From Candidatus Parcubacteria bacterium (GTDB taxonomy: Bacteria > Patescibacteriota > Minisyncoccia > Phycocordibacterales > Zambryskibacteraceae): DNA of 64,000 nt. A program made the position numbers and the translations under genes. Of the stretch, positions 53,355-63,143 are shown piece by piece (the first letter of the stretch is position 1; each line of letters opens with the position of its first letter). The stretch covers positions 11,545 through 75,544 of the forward strand of contig JAIFWP010000001.1 of the NCBI GenBank assembly GCA_019661785.1, read 5' to 3'. The notes beneath the pieces are model-generated. The model searched no databases, was not told where the DNA came from, and saw nothing but the letters and a program-made list of their open reading frames with translations.

Positions 53355-56237
53355 ATGTCTGATGATCTCTTCAAGACGGCCTATAAGAGCCTCAATAAGG
53401 CTCAGAAGGAGGCTGTGGACGCTATAGAGGGTCCAGTGATGGTCATAGCTGGTCCTGGCACTGGTAAGACTCAGGTGCTCACGCTCCGCATAGCCAATAT
53501 CCTCACTAAGACCGATACTCCGGCCGACGGCATCCTGTGCCTCACCTTTACTAACTCCGGCGTGAAGGCCATGCGTGAAAGGCTGTTAGAGCTCATAGGC
53601 CCTGCTGCATCAAGAGTGGTTATATCGACCTTCCATAGCTTTGGCTCAAGCCTTATAGAAGAGTTCTACGAAAGGTTGGATCTGCCCGCTCCGCCCAAGC
53701 TCCTTGATGAAAGAGACGCAGTCCTCTTGGTGGACGAGATACTTGAGAGCAATGATTGGGAGTACTTACGTCCAAGAAGCGGCGGAGCGCACAACTTCCG
53801 TGACCTGCGCTCCCTCATATCTTTCTTGAAGAGGGAGAAAATTTCTCCGGAGGATTTTGCTCTCGAGGTCGGCAAAGAGATTAAGAAAGTGAAGGATAAG
53901 GCGAAGCTAAAGAGCCTTGGCCGTACTGAAGAGGCTTCCCGCTTCTATAAGCTCTATGAGGAGGCTAAGCGCGAGCGCAACATCGTGGACTATGACGACA
54001 TCCTTGAGTACATTGTGAGGCTCGCGGAGAGTTCGAAAGATGCCAGAGCCAGTCTTCGCGAGCGGTATCTCTATGTGCTCGTGGACGAGCATCAAGACTC
54101 AAGCGGAGTACAGAACAAGTTCCTCGAAGCTGTGTGGTCAGATACCGAGAAGCCGAACATCTTCGTCGTTGGTGATGACAGGCAGCTCATATATGGATTC
54201 GGCGGAGCATCCTTGTCGCACTTTGAAAGTTTTAAAGATAGCTTCGCCGGCACAAAGCTCATATCCCTTAGCGAGAATTATCGTTCCACGGAACCGATAC
54301 TTGAGCTCGCAGATGAGGTCTTAGTGAGTTCTATAAGCAAGGTTAAGCTAAAGAGCAACAGGAGCGAGAAGCACGCCGTGACGCTTGTTGAAGCTGAGTA
54401 TCCTCGAGACGAGATACTGGCTGCGGGCTTAGCGATAAAGAAGAGGATAGAGGAAGGAGTAAATCCTGATGAGTGTGCGGTTATAGTGCCGAAGAACGCT
54501 CAAGTCAGGAGCGCTGTAGCCGTGCTACAGGACTTAGGATTGCCAGTAGCGGCGAGCGGCAAGGCTTCTTTCTTTAACCTTCATGAGACAGAGACTCTCA
54601 TAGATGTTCTCAGATTCCTGGTAGATCCATATGATGCCGCTTCTACAGCCAGGCTCATATTGAATCCAGTCTTTGGCATACCGGTGCTTACGGGACATGC
54701 TTTCTTGCGCGAGGAGGGCCGCAAGGTAAGTATTGATTCTGTACTAAAGGCTAAGGGTAAGATAGGCGAGCTAGGCGACTTATTGGCCCAACTCCTCAAG
54801 CTGTCTAAGGAGAAGGATGTCTATGAGCTAGTGCAGGAGATCGGCAAACAAGTCTTCTACAAGACTAGCGACCACAAGACGCTTCTGCGCCAAATAGAGT
54901 CTGTCCGCACGATGCTTCACCTGGCGCTATCTAGGCTGGAAAGAGATCCAAAGACAAGCCCGAGCCAGTTTGTGGCCTTTATCGACAGGCTCATCGAATA
55001 TAGCGAGGACATCCCGCTAGCAGTCTTCTTGGCAGACGAAGGGGTTAAGGTTATGACACTCCACGCCTCGAAGGGGCTCGAGTTCGACTCAGTGTGGATT
55101 GCCCATCTTGATGAGAAGTCGCTCATGAAGGGTAAACGAGCCGGCTTTGTCTTGCCTGAGAAGATCGCGCAGTTTGCCGCTGAGAAGGATGAGTTATCAG
55201 CACGAAGAGAGCTATATGTAGCCATCACAAGAGCCAAGCGCTACCTCACGCTCTCATATGCAGCCAAAAGTTATACAGGCGGGGAGCAGGCTCTCGCTCA
55301 TATTGTCGCCTCTTTGCCGAAGAAGATGCTCGTGAAGAAGTCAGTGCTTGAGACGGAGAGTGCAATACTCGGCAATGACCCAAGCCTTTATGTGACAAGC
55401 AACAGGCGAGAGAAGACCGCGAGTGCTGTGGAGGAAATGCGCGAGCTTGTGAAGAAGAATGTAGCAGACATGAGCATCTCCGTGACGAACTTGAACAACT
55501 TTTGGAGTTGTCCGTGGAAGTGGTACTTCAGGAGCTTCCTTCGTTTGCCGGAGCCAGAGTCAGAGAGTCTCGTCTTCGGCGACTTGGTGCACAAACTTAT
55601 AAATAGGCAGCTCAAGGAGGGGAGCTTCCGTCATGATTTTAGACAAGAGATAGAGGATTTCCTAGACGAGCTCCATGTATATGACGAGCTTTCGCGCAGG
55701 CGCTACTTTAAGGATGCTGACAAAGTCTTGTCTGCGTTCCAAGATGCTATCCTCCCCCACATAAGTGAGGACTTCGCAACAGAAAAGAGCCTTCGTTATG
55801 TAGACCCAAATGTGAATATGGTTGTAACGGGCAAACTCGACCTGGTAGAGCAGCTAGAGGACGGAACTATGCGAGTGTCTGACTTTAAAACTGGCGGGGC
55901 AAAGACTACAGGGGCTATAGAGAAAGTGAGCGAAGGCGGCAGGCTCTCCGACATGCTCCGCCAGTTAGCCATGTACTCGTATCTACTCGAAAACCAGAGA
56001 AAGTCCGGGGAAATCTCTTCCTCTCGCCTCATCTTCCTCGAAGCAAGTGAGAAGGATAAGAACTTTATATACGAAACCCAGATGGGCAAGGAGGAGATAG
56101 GCTTGCTGAAGAAAGATATCGTCGACTTTGCCAAGCTCCTATCTAGCGGCGAGTGGACAGAGCTCCCTTGTGACAATGACTCTTACGGCAAGCCTTGCGA
56201 GTACTGCGCTTTAAAGGACCTCTTACTTAAGAAGTGA
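53355..56237 (+). CDS. UvrD/PcrA-family helicase fused to a C-terminal RecB/Cas4-like PD-(D/E)xK nuclease with 4-Cys cluster
   Basis: Helicase motifs I (AGPGTGKT), II (DEHQD), VI (VAITRAKRYL). Nuclease domain GDLVH...DLVEQ...SDFKTG...YSYLL. Cys at FWSCPW plus CDNDSYGKPCEYC (C-x8-C-x2-C). Confidence 0.88.
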   Translation: MSDDLFKTAYKSLNKAQKEAVDAIEGPVMVIAGPGTGKTQVLTLRIANILTKTDTPADGILCLTFTNSGVKAMRERLLELIGPAASRVVISTFHSFGSSLIEEFYERLDLPAPPKLLDERDAVLLVDEILESNDWEYLRPRSGGAHNFRDLRSLISFLKREKISPEDFALEVGKEIKKVKDKAKLKSLGRTEEASRFYKLYEEAKRERNIVDYDDILEYIVRLAESSKDARASLRERYLYVLVDEHQDSSGVQNKFLEAVWSDTEKPNIFVVGDDRQLIYGFGGASLSHFESFKDSFAGTKLISLSENYRSTEPILELADEVLVSSISKVKLKSNRSEKHAVTLVEAEYPRDEILAAGLAIKKRIEEGVNPDECAVIVPKNAQVRSAVAVLQDLGLPVAASGKASFFNLHETETLIDVLRFLVDPYDAASTARLILNPVFGIPVLTGHAFLREEGRKVSIDSVLKAKGKIGELGDLLAQLLKLSKEKDVYELVQEIGKQVFYKTSDHKTLLRQIESVRTMLHLALSRLERDPKTSPSQFVAFIDRLIEYSEDIPLAVFLADEGVKVMTLHASKGLEFDSVWIAHLDEKSLMKGKRAGFVLPEKIAQFAAEKDELSARRELYVAITRAKRYLTLSYAAKSYTGGEQALAHIVASLPKKMLVKKSVLETESAILGNDPSLYVTSNRREKTASAVEEMRELVKKNVADMSISVTNLNNFWSCPWKWYFRSFLRLPEPESESLVFGDLVHKLINRQLKEGSFRHDFRQEIEDFLDELHVYDELSRRRYFKDADKVLSAFQDAILPHISEDFATEKSLRYVDPNVNMVVTGKLDLVEQLEDGTMRVSDFKTGGAKTTGAIEKVSEGGRLSDMLRQLAMYSYLLENQRKSGEISSSRLIFLEASEKDKNFIYETQMGKEEIGLLKKDIVDFAKLLSSGEWTELPCDNDSYGKPCEYCALKDLLLKK

Positions 56238-56951
56238 GTCGATTTTAGCTTTGACGCTCTCGTAAGGTTCGGCGCCGTTCACAACTATTTGTTTGTCGCC
56301 CATGATGATGACTGAGTACGGAGTGCCTTGAGCTCCTGCGTTTATGGCTGCTGTGACATCGTCAGTTATCTCTTTGCCATGCGTACCATTTGTGAGGCAC
56401 TTGTTGAACTGAGTTACATCTAAGCCGAGGCCCTGAGCTATCCTTGGGAGTTCGGCCGGATCTAGAGTGTTGTTAGAGCCTGTGGTAGCAAAGATTTTAT
56501 CTATATAGCTCCAGAAGGCAGTATTGCCACCTTGGTCAGCTGCACACTCAGAGGCCTCTGACTCCATGGGCGCTTTGGAGTGGAGCTGAGCAATAGGGAA
56601 ATGGCGGTAGACCCAGTTAACCTTGCCTGCATAAGTAGCGAGGACCTGATGCATAGTGTCGTGGAAGACCTTGCAGAAAGGGCACTCAAGGTCGGAGTAC
56701 TCTACTATGGTTATAGGGGCATTGGCATCGCCAAGCATGTGGTCCTTGCCGCTAACTGGCTCTACCTTGCCCTCGGGCGTATTGCTGCCCGTGAGAGAGC
56801 CTGCAGCAGCTATGGCGCCGCCGTGACCGCCTCCGAAGTAGACTGCGCTCGCTATCATGCCTCCAGCCAGGATAATGGCTAGCGGGATAGTGAACTGCTG
56901 AGTACCTCGACTGCTATCATTATGACTGGCATTATTGGTTTCGGGCATCAT
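56223..56951 (-). CDS. Membrane-anchored DsbA/BdbD-like thiol-disulfide oxidoreductase
   Basis: N-terminal TM, then thioredoxin fold with CPFC active site (ITIVEYSDLECPFCKVFH). Confidence 0.75.
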   Translation of the reverse strand: MMPETNNASHNDSSRGTQQFTIPLAIILAGGMIASAVYFGGGHGGAIAAAGSLTGSNTPEGKVEPVSGKDHMLGDANAPITIVEYSDLECPFCKVFHDTMHQVLATYAGKVNWVYRHFPIAQLHSKAPMESEASECAADQGGNTAFWSYIDKIFATTGSNNTLDPAELPRIAQGLGLDVTQFNKCLTNGTHGKEITDDVTAAINAGAQGTPYSVIIMGDKQIVVNGAEPYESVKAKIDSLLK

Positions 56952-57405
56952 GTTTGAGCTTATTTTTACCGAGTAAGTATACCACCGCGGCTGATAGGAG
57001 AGAAATAAGTATGCTTGCTGACACATCAAGCGTATGGTGCACACCTACGTATACTCGAGCTGAAGCCACTGCGAGAGTAATAATCCAGAGCCATATGGCC
57101 CACTTGCGGTCGAAGTAAGTCATCACAGCCGCCAAAGCCGCTACGAGCAGAGTGTGGTCTGAGGGGAAGCCGTTGTCTGCCGCATGTTGTATTAAAGGCG
57201 CTATCCCGCTTACGACAAACGGTCTTGGGTCGTAGTAGAAGTGGCTAGCAATCTTGGCTACCATGTATGCCAATGGCAGAGTGATGATACCAAAGATGGC
57301 GAGGCTCTTCTTTATTTTCCTGTCCGCTCTCAACCAGTAAATCCCGACAATCAGCGCTGATGCTATGAAGAGATACTTGGCACAGAATATAGCAATAGTG
57401 TTCAT
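56932..57405 (-). CDS. PAP2-family phosphatase (undecaprenyl-diphosphate phosphatase-like)
   Basis: PAP2 motifs: KxxxxxxRP-like DPRPF, PSDH, SARVYVGVHHTLD. Polytopic. Confidence 0.8.
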   Translation of the reverse strand: MNTIAIFCAKYLFIASALIVGIYWLRADRKIKKSLAIFGIITLPLAYMVAKIASHFYYDPRPFVVSGIAPLIQHAADNGFPSDHTLLVAALAAVMTYFDRKWAIWLWIITLAVASARVYVGVHHTLDVSASILISLLSAAVVYLLGKNKLKHDARNQ

Positions 57406-57414
57406 TGGATGTAA

Positions 57415-57990
57415 TTAAAATGGCAGAGTAAATGTTAGTTTATTTTCTATCGGTTTTTCCCAGTCCTTAGTATCCAGTTTTATCTCGTTCAGTTTGCCGC
57501 CCTCTTTGAATACGAGTTTGCCGTGCTCGCGGGCATGGTCATAAAGAGCCTTGGTGATGCGCACATCGTCTATGCAGTAGTCGCGGACCTTATCCACTTC
57601 GCCATTTTTCCACCACTGGATAGCTTCAAGGCCATGGCCAATCTTTTTCTTGCCCAGGGTCCCCTCAGCAAGCTGGTCGAGCTTCATGCGGCGACCATAG
57701 GATTTGTAAATCTCCTTCAGAATGTCGAGGCTTTTGAGCTTAGTCAGGTCGCCGTGATAGTACTTGTTGAGTAAAGGGATATCGAAATGGTCTGAGTTGA
57801 AGCCTATGAGCATGTCTGCGCGCTCGAGTATGGGCCAGAGCTTGCCGAGCTCGTCCTCCACATATGACGAGTAAGAGTCTGTCTCTGAGTCATGTATAGC
57901 GATGAGAGAGATGTCTAAAAGCGACGGATCATGCTTGCCAACGTCAGCGAAAACATTCTTCGTCTCAATGTCGAATACAATCTTACGCAT
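57415..57990 (-). CDS. DEDDy-type 3'-5' exonuclease (RNase D/DnaQ-like fold)
   Basis: Exo I FDIET, Exo II GFNSDHFDIPLL, Exo III YCIDDVRIT. ATG overlaps the hisS stop (TAATG). Confidence 0.8.
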   Translation of the reverse strand: MRKIVFDIETKNVFADVGKHDPSLLDISLIAIHDSETDSYSSYVEDELGKLWPILERADMLIGFNSDHFDIPLLNKYYHGDLTKLKSLDILKEIYKSYGRRMKLDQLAEGTLGKKKIGHGLEAIQWWKNGEVDKVRDYCIDDVRITKALYDHAREHGKLVFKEGGKLNEIKLDTKDWEKPIENKLTFTLPF

Positions 57991-58784
57991 TACTTGCTGG
58001 TCTTAAGGCTGTGAGTCTCTAGGAAGTCACGCATGGTGATGTCTCCCGCGCCAAAGCCGACTGCAGGTACAGCTTCAACATCGAAAAGTTCCATCAAGTT
58101 GTCATAACGACCTCCGCCAAGGATTGAGCGCGGGTTAGCTGGGTCGGTATCGAAGAACTCGAAGACAACCCCTGTGTAGTAGGCTTGTCCGCGCTTGAGT
58201 GTCTCGTCAATTTTAAGATTTGTAATACCTTTCTCTTGGAGAGCATTCATAACCTCACCTAAGGTATCACTCATCGAAGCTGGAGCACTGAGACGTATCT
58301 CATACGAGTCTCGGCTTGCGCCGAACTCCTGCATGATCGCATCAGCAAGAGATATGATTTCTACATCAGCGCTTTGGTCGGGGACACCCATAATATCTAC
58401 GTTGAGCTGATAGTGCTCTCGGCGTCTGCCGCGCTGGGGCTTCTCGTATCTAAAAAGGTTAGGGATTGAGTACCAACGCAGAGGGAACTTCAATGTACGT
58501 CTGCGGGCTGCAACCATGCGGGCGAGAGTTGGGGTCATCTCAGGCCTGAGTGTCACACTCCTGCCGCCTCTGTCAGTGAAGGTGAAGGTTTGCTCATTGA
58601 CTATCTCCTCTCCCGACTTCTCCGCATACAGTTCCGTCGGTTCAAGAGGGGATGCTCCATACTCCTCATATCCATATTGTTCGGCAATCTTACTCCAGAC
58701 AGAAAAAATGTACTTTTCCACCCTCATGTCCTCCGGATAGAAATCCTGCACGCCCTTATAGGGGGCTGTATCAAGCTTCGTCAT
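57990..58784 (-). CDS. hisS: Histidyl-tRNA synthetase catalytic core without anticodon-binding domain
   Basis: HisRS motifs 1-2 (LRPEMTPTLARMVA..., RWYSIPNLFRYEKPQRGRRREHYQLNVDIMG) and motif 3 GGGRYDNL. Protein ends about 25 aa after motif 3 (264 aa total). Confidence 0.8.
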   Translation of the reverse strand: MTKLDTAPYKGVQDFYPEDMRVEKYIFSVWSKIAEQYGYEEYGASPLEPTELYAEKSGEEIVNEQTFTFTDRGGRSVTLRPEMTPTLARMVAARRRTLKFPLRWYSIPNLFRYEKPQRGRRREHYQLNVDIMGVPDQSADVEIISLADAIMQEFGASRDSYEIRLSAPASMSDTLGEVMNALQEKGITNLKIDETLKRGQAYYTGVVFEFFDTDPANPRSILGGGRYDNLMELFDVEAVPAVGFGAGDITMRDFLETHSLKTSK

Positions 58785-58802
58785 AAGCGTATTATATCGG
58801 AA

Positions 58803-59543
58803 ATGACAGAGATATTGAAACTATACAAGAACTTGGGTGAGACGCCCCTCGAGTGCATAGAGCGCTTTAAGCTAGAGCGGCCTGAGTACAAGGATGTAAA
58901 TATGACCTACCTCGGTAGGCTCGACCCTATGGCTGAAGGGCTACTCTTTATCCTGGCAGGGGATACCAGGGATAAGCAGAAGTATCTTGACTGGGACAAG
59001 GCCTATGAGTTCGAGGTTTTGTGGGGGTTTGAGACTGATACTTACGACACTCTAGGACTGGTCACAGCCGAGGGCAAGATGCCCATAGACCTGGAGAAGA
59101 AGATGGGGAAGCTGCTTAAGAATATCGCCGCCAGGAAGACCCAGGCCTATCCTCCATACTCGGCCCGCACAGTTGGCGGCAAGGCCCTGCATACATGGGC
59201 TAGAGAGGGCAAAATAGGCGAGGTCGAGATACCGACAAGGAGCATAAAGATATTCCACATCGAGCATGTGCGCACGAGGCTCCTTAAGCAGAGCGAAGTG
59301 CTCGAGGAAATACTCAAGAACATTGCATTGGTCGAGGGCGACTTTAGGCAAGCTGAGATATCCTCGCTTTGGAAAAGGGTTTTAAAGCCAAACGAGCTTG
59401 CTCTCATATCTAGGTTCAAGGTCGATGTCTCAAGCGGCACTTATGTACGCGGCCTTGCTCACGAGATGGGCAAGATGCTCGGCACATGTGCTCTGGCTTA
59501 CAGTATCAAGCGCACAAGAATGGGAGAGCATAGATTAGACTGA
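58803..59543 (+). CDS. truB: tRNA pseudouridine55 synthase
   Basis: Catalytic GRLDPMAEGLL block and C-terminal PUA-like region. ATG 58803. Confidence 0.88.
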   Translation: MTEILKLYKNLGETPLECIERFKLERPEYKDVNMTYLGRLDPMAEGLLFILAGDTRDKQKYLDWDKAYEFEVLWGFETDTYDTLGLVTAEGKMPIDLEKKMGKLLKNIAARKTQAYPPYSARTVGGKALHTWAREGKIGEVEIPTRSIKIFHIEHVRTRLLKQSEVLEEILKNIALVEGDFRQAEISSLWKRVLKPNELALISRFKVDVSSGTYVRGLAHEMGKMLGTCALAYSIKRTRMGEHRLD

Positions 59544-59561
59544 CTTGAAATGTAACAAGTC

Positions 59562-59882
59562 TTGATACGTCATATACTCCGGACATTTATAGGAGGCACG
59601 ATGTCGAGACCTGCAATACTGTTTCTCGCTTTCTTGTTTGGGATAGTGATTGCTGACTGTGGGGTAAGCAAGATGCCGCCTCAAGAGGCCACGAGCAGCG
59701 CTGAGGTGCAAAGCGAGTGCTTGACCCACTTCATCAACTTCGCCACTGGCACTCTGAGCGAGGCGGATTCCATCCTCTCGCCGAGGTGCGACGCTACGGC
59801 CGAGACGCGGCCCAATGCGCAGAGGCTGCGCTCACAAGCCAGGTCCTACCTCAAGAACGGCAAGATGCCCAAGGACCCCTAA
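59562..59882 (+). CDS. Putative small secreted/lipoprotein
   Basis: Signal-like LAFLFGIVIADCG (lipobox-like IADC). Start probably Met at 59601. Confidence 0.4.
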   Translation: MIRHILRTFIGGTMSRPAILFLAFLFGIVIADCGVSKMPPQEATSSAEVQSECLTHFINFATGTLSEADSILSPRCDATAETRPNAQRLRSQARSYLKNGKMPKDP

Positions 59883-59910
59883 CCGCAAGGTAGGGGTCTG
59901 GCTTTTATAT
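59874..59910 (+). terminator. Rho-independent terminator
   Basis: gacccct-aaccgcaaggt-aggggtc then tggcttttat. Confidence 0.55.
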
Positions 59911-59912
59911 TC

Positions 59913-61697
59913 CTAACCTTTTCTTAGTGACTTAGCGCGGTCTTGCTGGGTGAGGATTTGTTTGCGGAGGCGGACTGACTCAGGAGTGATCTCAATATAT
60001 TCGTCATCCTTCATTATTTCCATGGCACGTTCTATTGATAGCTTCCAAGCAGGGACAAGGAAGACAGCATCGTCAGAGCCGGAGGCGCGCATGTTCGTGA
60101 GCTGTTTGCCCTTGGTTGGGTTCACATACATGTCCTCACCCTTGGAGGTGTTGCCTATGACTTGACCCTGGTATACCTCGTCGCTCGGCTCTATGTAAAG
60201 CACTCCTCTCTGCTGCAGGTTGTCGAGAGCGAAGGCCAAGGCCTTACCCTTCTCCATCGATATCATCGAACCCACATCGTGATGGTCTATGACTCCGGCA
60301 TAAGGTCGGAAGCCGACAAAGCGTGAGGAGAAGATGCCTAAGCCCTTAGTGTCCACAATGAACTGGCCTCGGTATCCCAAGAGTCCTCGTGTAGGAGCCT
60401 CGAGGATAAGACGGGTTTGGCCATTCTCGGTCTTCATGTCCATGAGCTGGGCGCGGCGGGAGGTGAGAGTAGATATGACAGTACCGGAGGCCTCTTCAGG
60501 CACGTCGATGACCACTTCCTCGAACGGTTCCATTTTCTCACCATCTACCTCTTTGATAATAACGTGGGGCTGGGAGACCTGAAGCTCGAATCCCTCTCGG
60601 CGCATGTTCTCACAGAGGATGGCTATGTGGAGTTCGCCGCGGCCGAAGACTGTGAGCTGGTCACTCTGAGAGAAGTCGACCTTAAGACCCACATTCACCT
60701 CTAGCTCGCGTTCCAAGCGCTCGCGTATCTGGCGTCCAGTGACGAATTTGCCTTCCTGTCCGGCAAAGGGAGAGTCGTTAACGAGGAAGTTTAGGGATAT
60801 GGTCGGCTCGTCGACATTGATAGTCGGCAAGGCCTCGCTCTCGGCGCTGCCGGATATGGTGTCTCCTATGTAAATCTCAGGGAGTCCTGCGAGCATGACC
60901 ACATCGCCGGCGATAGCCTCTTGGCTCTCCACTCTCTTAATACCCTCGAAGGAGAAGAGCTTGGTAATCTTGCCTTTGTAGTTCTCGCCGTTAGGCTTCT
61001 TCACGAAGACCTCTTGTCCAGTCTTAAGCACACCTTCGTATATTCGGGCGATAGCTAGGCGTCCGAGGAAGTTGTCATAGGCGAGGTTGAAGGGCTGCAG
61101 GCGTACAGGTACTTCGAGGTTCTGTGCCGCTGGCGGGACATGTTCAAGGATGACGTCGAGGAGCGGGTTCAAGTCCTTGGAGTCGTCAGAGAGATTCCTC
61201 CTCGCGATGCCCTCGCGTCCGATAGCGTACACGGTGGGGAAGTCTATCTGGTCATTGCCGGCACCAAGCTCGAGGAAGAGCTCTAGGACCATCTCGTGCA
61301 CGGCTTCGGGGCGTGCAGCAGGCTTGTCTATCTTGTTTATGACGACGATGGGCTTCAGACCAAGCTCGAGAGACTTCTTAAGCACGAAGCGAGTTTGAGG
61401 CATGGGGCCCTCCTGCGCATCGACCACAAGAAGCACTGTGTCTATGGAACGGAGCACACGCTCTACCTCAGAGCCGAAGTCTGAGTGCCCTGGAGTGTCG
61501 ACGATATTGACCTTCGTATTTTTATAAAAGAGGGAAGTATTCTTCGAGTATATGGTGATGCCGCGCTCCTTCTCAAGGGCGTTAGAGTCCATGCTCTCAC
61601 CCTCGGAGAACATGCCGTTCTGGCGGAGGAGCGCGTCGGTCAAGGTGGTCTTGCCGTGGTCGACGTGGGCGATAATAGCTATGTTCCTTATTTCCAT
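59913..61697 (-). CDS. typA: Translational GTPase BipA/TypA
   Basis: [27 protein letters not shown]-domain plus EF-G-like domains and BipA C-terminal domain. 594 aa. Confidence 0.92.
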   Translation of the reverse strand: MEIRNIAIIAHVDHGKTTLTDALLRQNGMFSEGESMDSNALEKERGITIYSKNTSLFYKNTKVNIVDTPGHSDFGSEVERVLRSIDTVLLVVDAQEGPMPQTRFVLKKSLELGLKPIVVINKIDKPAARPEAVHEMVLELFLELGAGNDQIDFPTVYAIGREGIARRNLSDDSKDLNPLLDVILEHVPPAAQNLEVPVRLQPFNLAYDNFLGRLAIARIYEGVLKTGQEVFVKKPNGENYKGKITKLFSFEGIKRVESQEAIAGDVVMLAGLPEIYIGDTISGSAESEALPTINVDEPTISLNFLVNDSPFAGQEGKFVTGRQIRERLERELEVNVGLKVDFSQSDQLTVFGRGELHIAILCENMRREGFELQVSQPHVIIKEVDGEKMEPFEEVVIDVPEEASGTVISTLTSRRAQLMDMKTENGQTRLILEAPTRGLLGYRGQFIVDTKGLGIFSSRFVGFRPYAGVIDHHDVGSMISMEKGKALAFALDNLQQRGVLYIEPSDEVYQGQVIGNTSKGEDMYVNPTKGKQLTNMRASGSDDAVFLVPAWKLSIERAMEIMKDDEYIEITPESVRLRKQILTQQDRAKSLRKG

Positions 61698-61752
61698 CTG
61701 GTTTCCATAATTAAATCCCGCCTCGGCGGGATGTCACATTTAAACACAAAAA

Positions 61753-62301
61753 CTATTTTTCTACAAGCTCACCAGATACATAGGTGTAGGTCTTCGTTGT
61801 GGGGACTGTGGGCTCAGCTGCAAAGGGTTCCTCGGGTTTGCGGTCAAGATATTTAACCTTGATAAGTCCCTTGGAGTCTATGGATATAGACTGTGGTGAG
61901 ATGCGGTCACCTATGAAGACTGCATTGCTGCCCTTGTAGGAGACATTACCTGAGACATAAGCAGCGACGTAGATAAAGAAGCCAGAACCAAAGCCGTCTT
62001 GAGTGAGGATAACCACGGCATCATTTTTCGAGTCATCGTTAATATCTCCGTACACGGTCTTGTCGGCCAAGCCTGTCTCAGTCTGGACGAAGGCATCTCC
62101 TCCGCTAGATGAAAAGCCTACTCCATTCTTGAGAGTCACCGGACCATCCTCGAAGATGAAGGTGGCGTTCGATGCATCAGGCTTTGATGTGGCTGGGGCA
62201 ATCTTCACCTCGGGAGTAGCATTAGACCCTCTGCCCGGCCAGAAGAACCATGCGACGGCGGCTACTATCAACAGCACTGAGAGTATTAAGACCTTCTTCA
62301 T
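61753..62301 (-). CDS. Hypothetical secreted/membrane-anchored protein
   Basis: Signal/TM MKKVLILSVLLIVAAVAWFFW, then a Gly/Ser/Asp-rich beta-type sequence. Start at Met 62301. Confidence 0.45.
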   Translation of the reverse strand: MKKVLILSVLLIVAAVAWFFWPGRGSNATPEVKIAPATSKPDASNATFIFEDGPVTLKNGVGFSSSGGDAFVQTETGLADKTVYGDINDDSKNDAVVILTQDGFGSGFFIYVAAYVSGNVSYKGSNAVFIGDRISPQSISIDSKGLIKVKYLDRKPEEPFAAEPTVPTTKTYTYVSGELVEK

Positions 62302-62323
62302 CTGCCTATTGTATAATGAGAAC

Positions 62324-62764
62324 ATGTTAAAACCAAAAGCGAGGGGCAAGAGTAGGGGCTTCACCCTTATCGAACTCCTCGTCGTCATCGCTATCATAGG
62401 CATCCTCGCTGCCGTCATCCTTGTTTCTCTCGGCAAGGCTCGCACAAGGGGCAATGACTCTAAGGTCAAGTCTGAGTTGATTAGCCTGCGCACTACCGCA
62501 GAGACATATATAAACGAGAAGGGTAGCTACTCAGTGGCGAATAACTGCGGAGAGGGGATGTTCATCGATACAGACACTAGGATGTCTGACTTCACCAACT
62601 TAAACAACTATCCAGGCGGTACAGTGCTTAAGTGCAAGGCAAATGGCGGGGCATATGCTGTGTCAGCCAACCTCCAGACTGATGGCAAGTTCTGGTGCGT
62701 GGACTCGAACGATACCTCCAAGTTAGAGAACTTAGACCCCGGCAGCGTTACTGCGTGCCCATAG
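62324..62764 (+). CDS. Type IV pilin/pseudopilin
   Basis: Class III signal and N-methylation site ...GFTLIELLVVIAIIGILAAV. Four Cys in the globular domain. 146 aa. Confidence 0.82.
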   Translation: MLKPKARGKSRGFTLIELLVVIAIIGILAAVILVSLGKARTRGNDSKVKSELISLRTTAETYINEKGSYSVANNCGEGMFIDTDTRMSDFTNLNNYPGGTVLKCKANGGAYAVSANLQTDGKFWCVDSNDTSKLENLDPGSVTACP

Positions 62765-63121
62765 TCCAACCAAGACTCCCCCGAGCATTCCCCATGCTAT
62801 GTCACTGAGCGTGTCGGCTAGGCTAGGTACGTAGGCTAGAGCGAAGTCGGGATTCCGCACTGACCCTATGAACTCCCATATCTCCCACAAGTAACCGCCA
62901 AAGACAGTGAAAAGGATAATGGTCAGGAAGAATAGCTTCCTAGACTGGATGCTGTCTCTCGCTATGACTAGCCACACAAAACCGAACATGACTCCCGCTA
63001 TGATGTGGAGTATGACATCGGTGAACCAGTAAGTGCTATACCAGCCGTAACGCCTCGCCAAGAAGGCTCCCAGAGCTATAACAAGAAGCAGACTGAAGGC
63101 CTTATACAAGTGTCCACGCAT
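62732..63121 (-). CDS. Hypothetical polytopic membrane protein
   Basis: 129 aa, about 4 TM. Overlaps the pilin 3' end by 33 nt (convergent). Confidence 0.42.
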   Translation of the reverse strand: MRGHLYKAFSLLLVIALGAFLARRYGWYSTYWFTDVILHIIAGVMFGFVWLVIARDSIQSRKLFFLTIILFTVFGGYLWEIWEFIGSVRNPDFALAYVPSLADTLSDIAWGMLGGVLVGLWARSNAAGV

Positions 63122-63143
63122 ACATATAGAGACGGAATACCTT

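Noticed and set aside
56932-57044. Longer start for the DsbA-like gene (Met 57044) overlapping PAP2 by 113 nt.
   Set aside because: The first 31 residues (MCTIRLMCQQAYLFLSYQPRWYTYSVKISSN) are not signal-like. MMPETNN... followed by a TM helix fits a membrane-anchored DsbA, so the start is placed at 56951.
58590-58802. 71-codon N-terminal extension of the truB ORF; likewise 24672-24752 for gyrB, 26... for thrS and 31583-31654 for dnaE.
   Set aside because: The extensions overlap divergent genes and carry no family homology. Starts were moved to the first Met consistent with the conserved N-termini.
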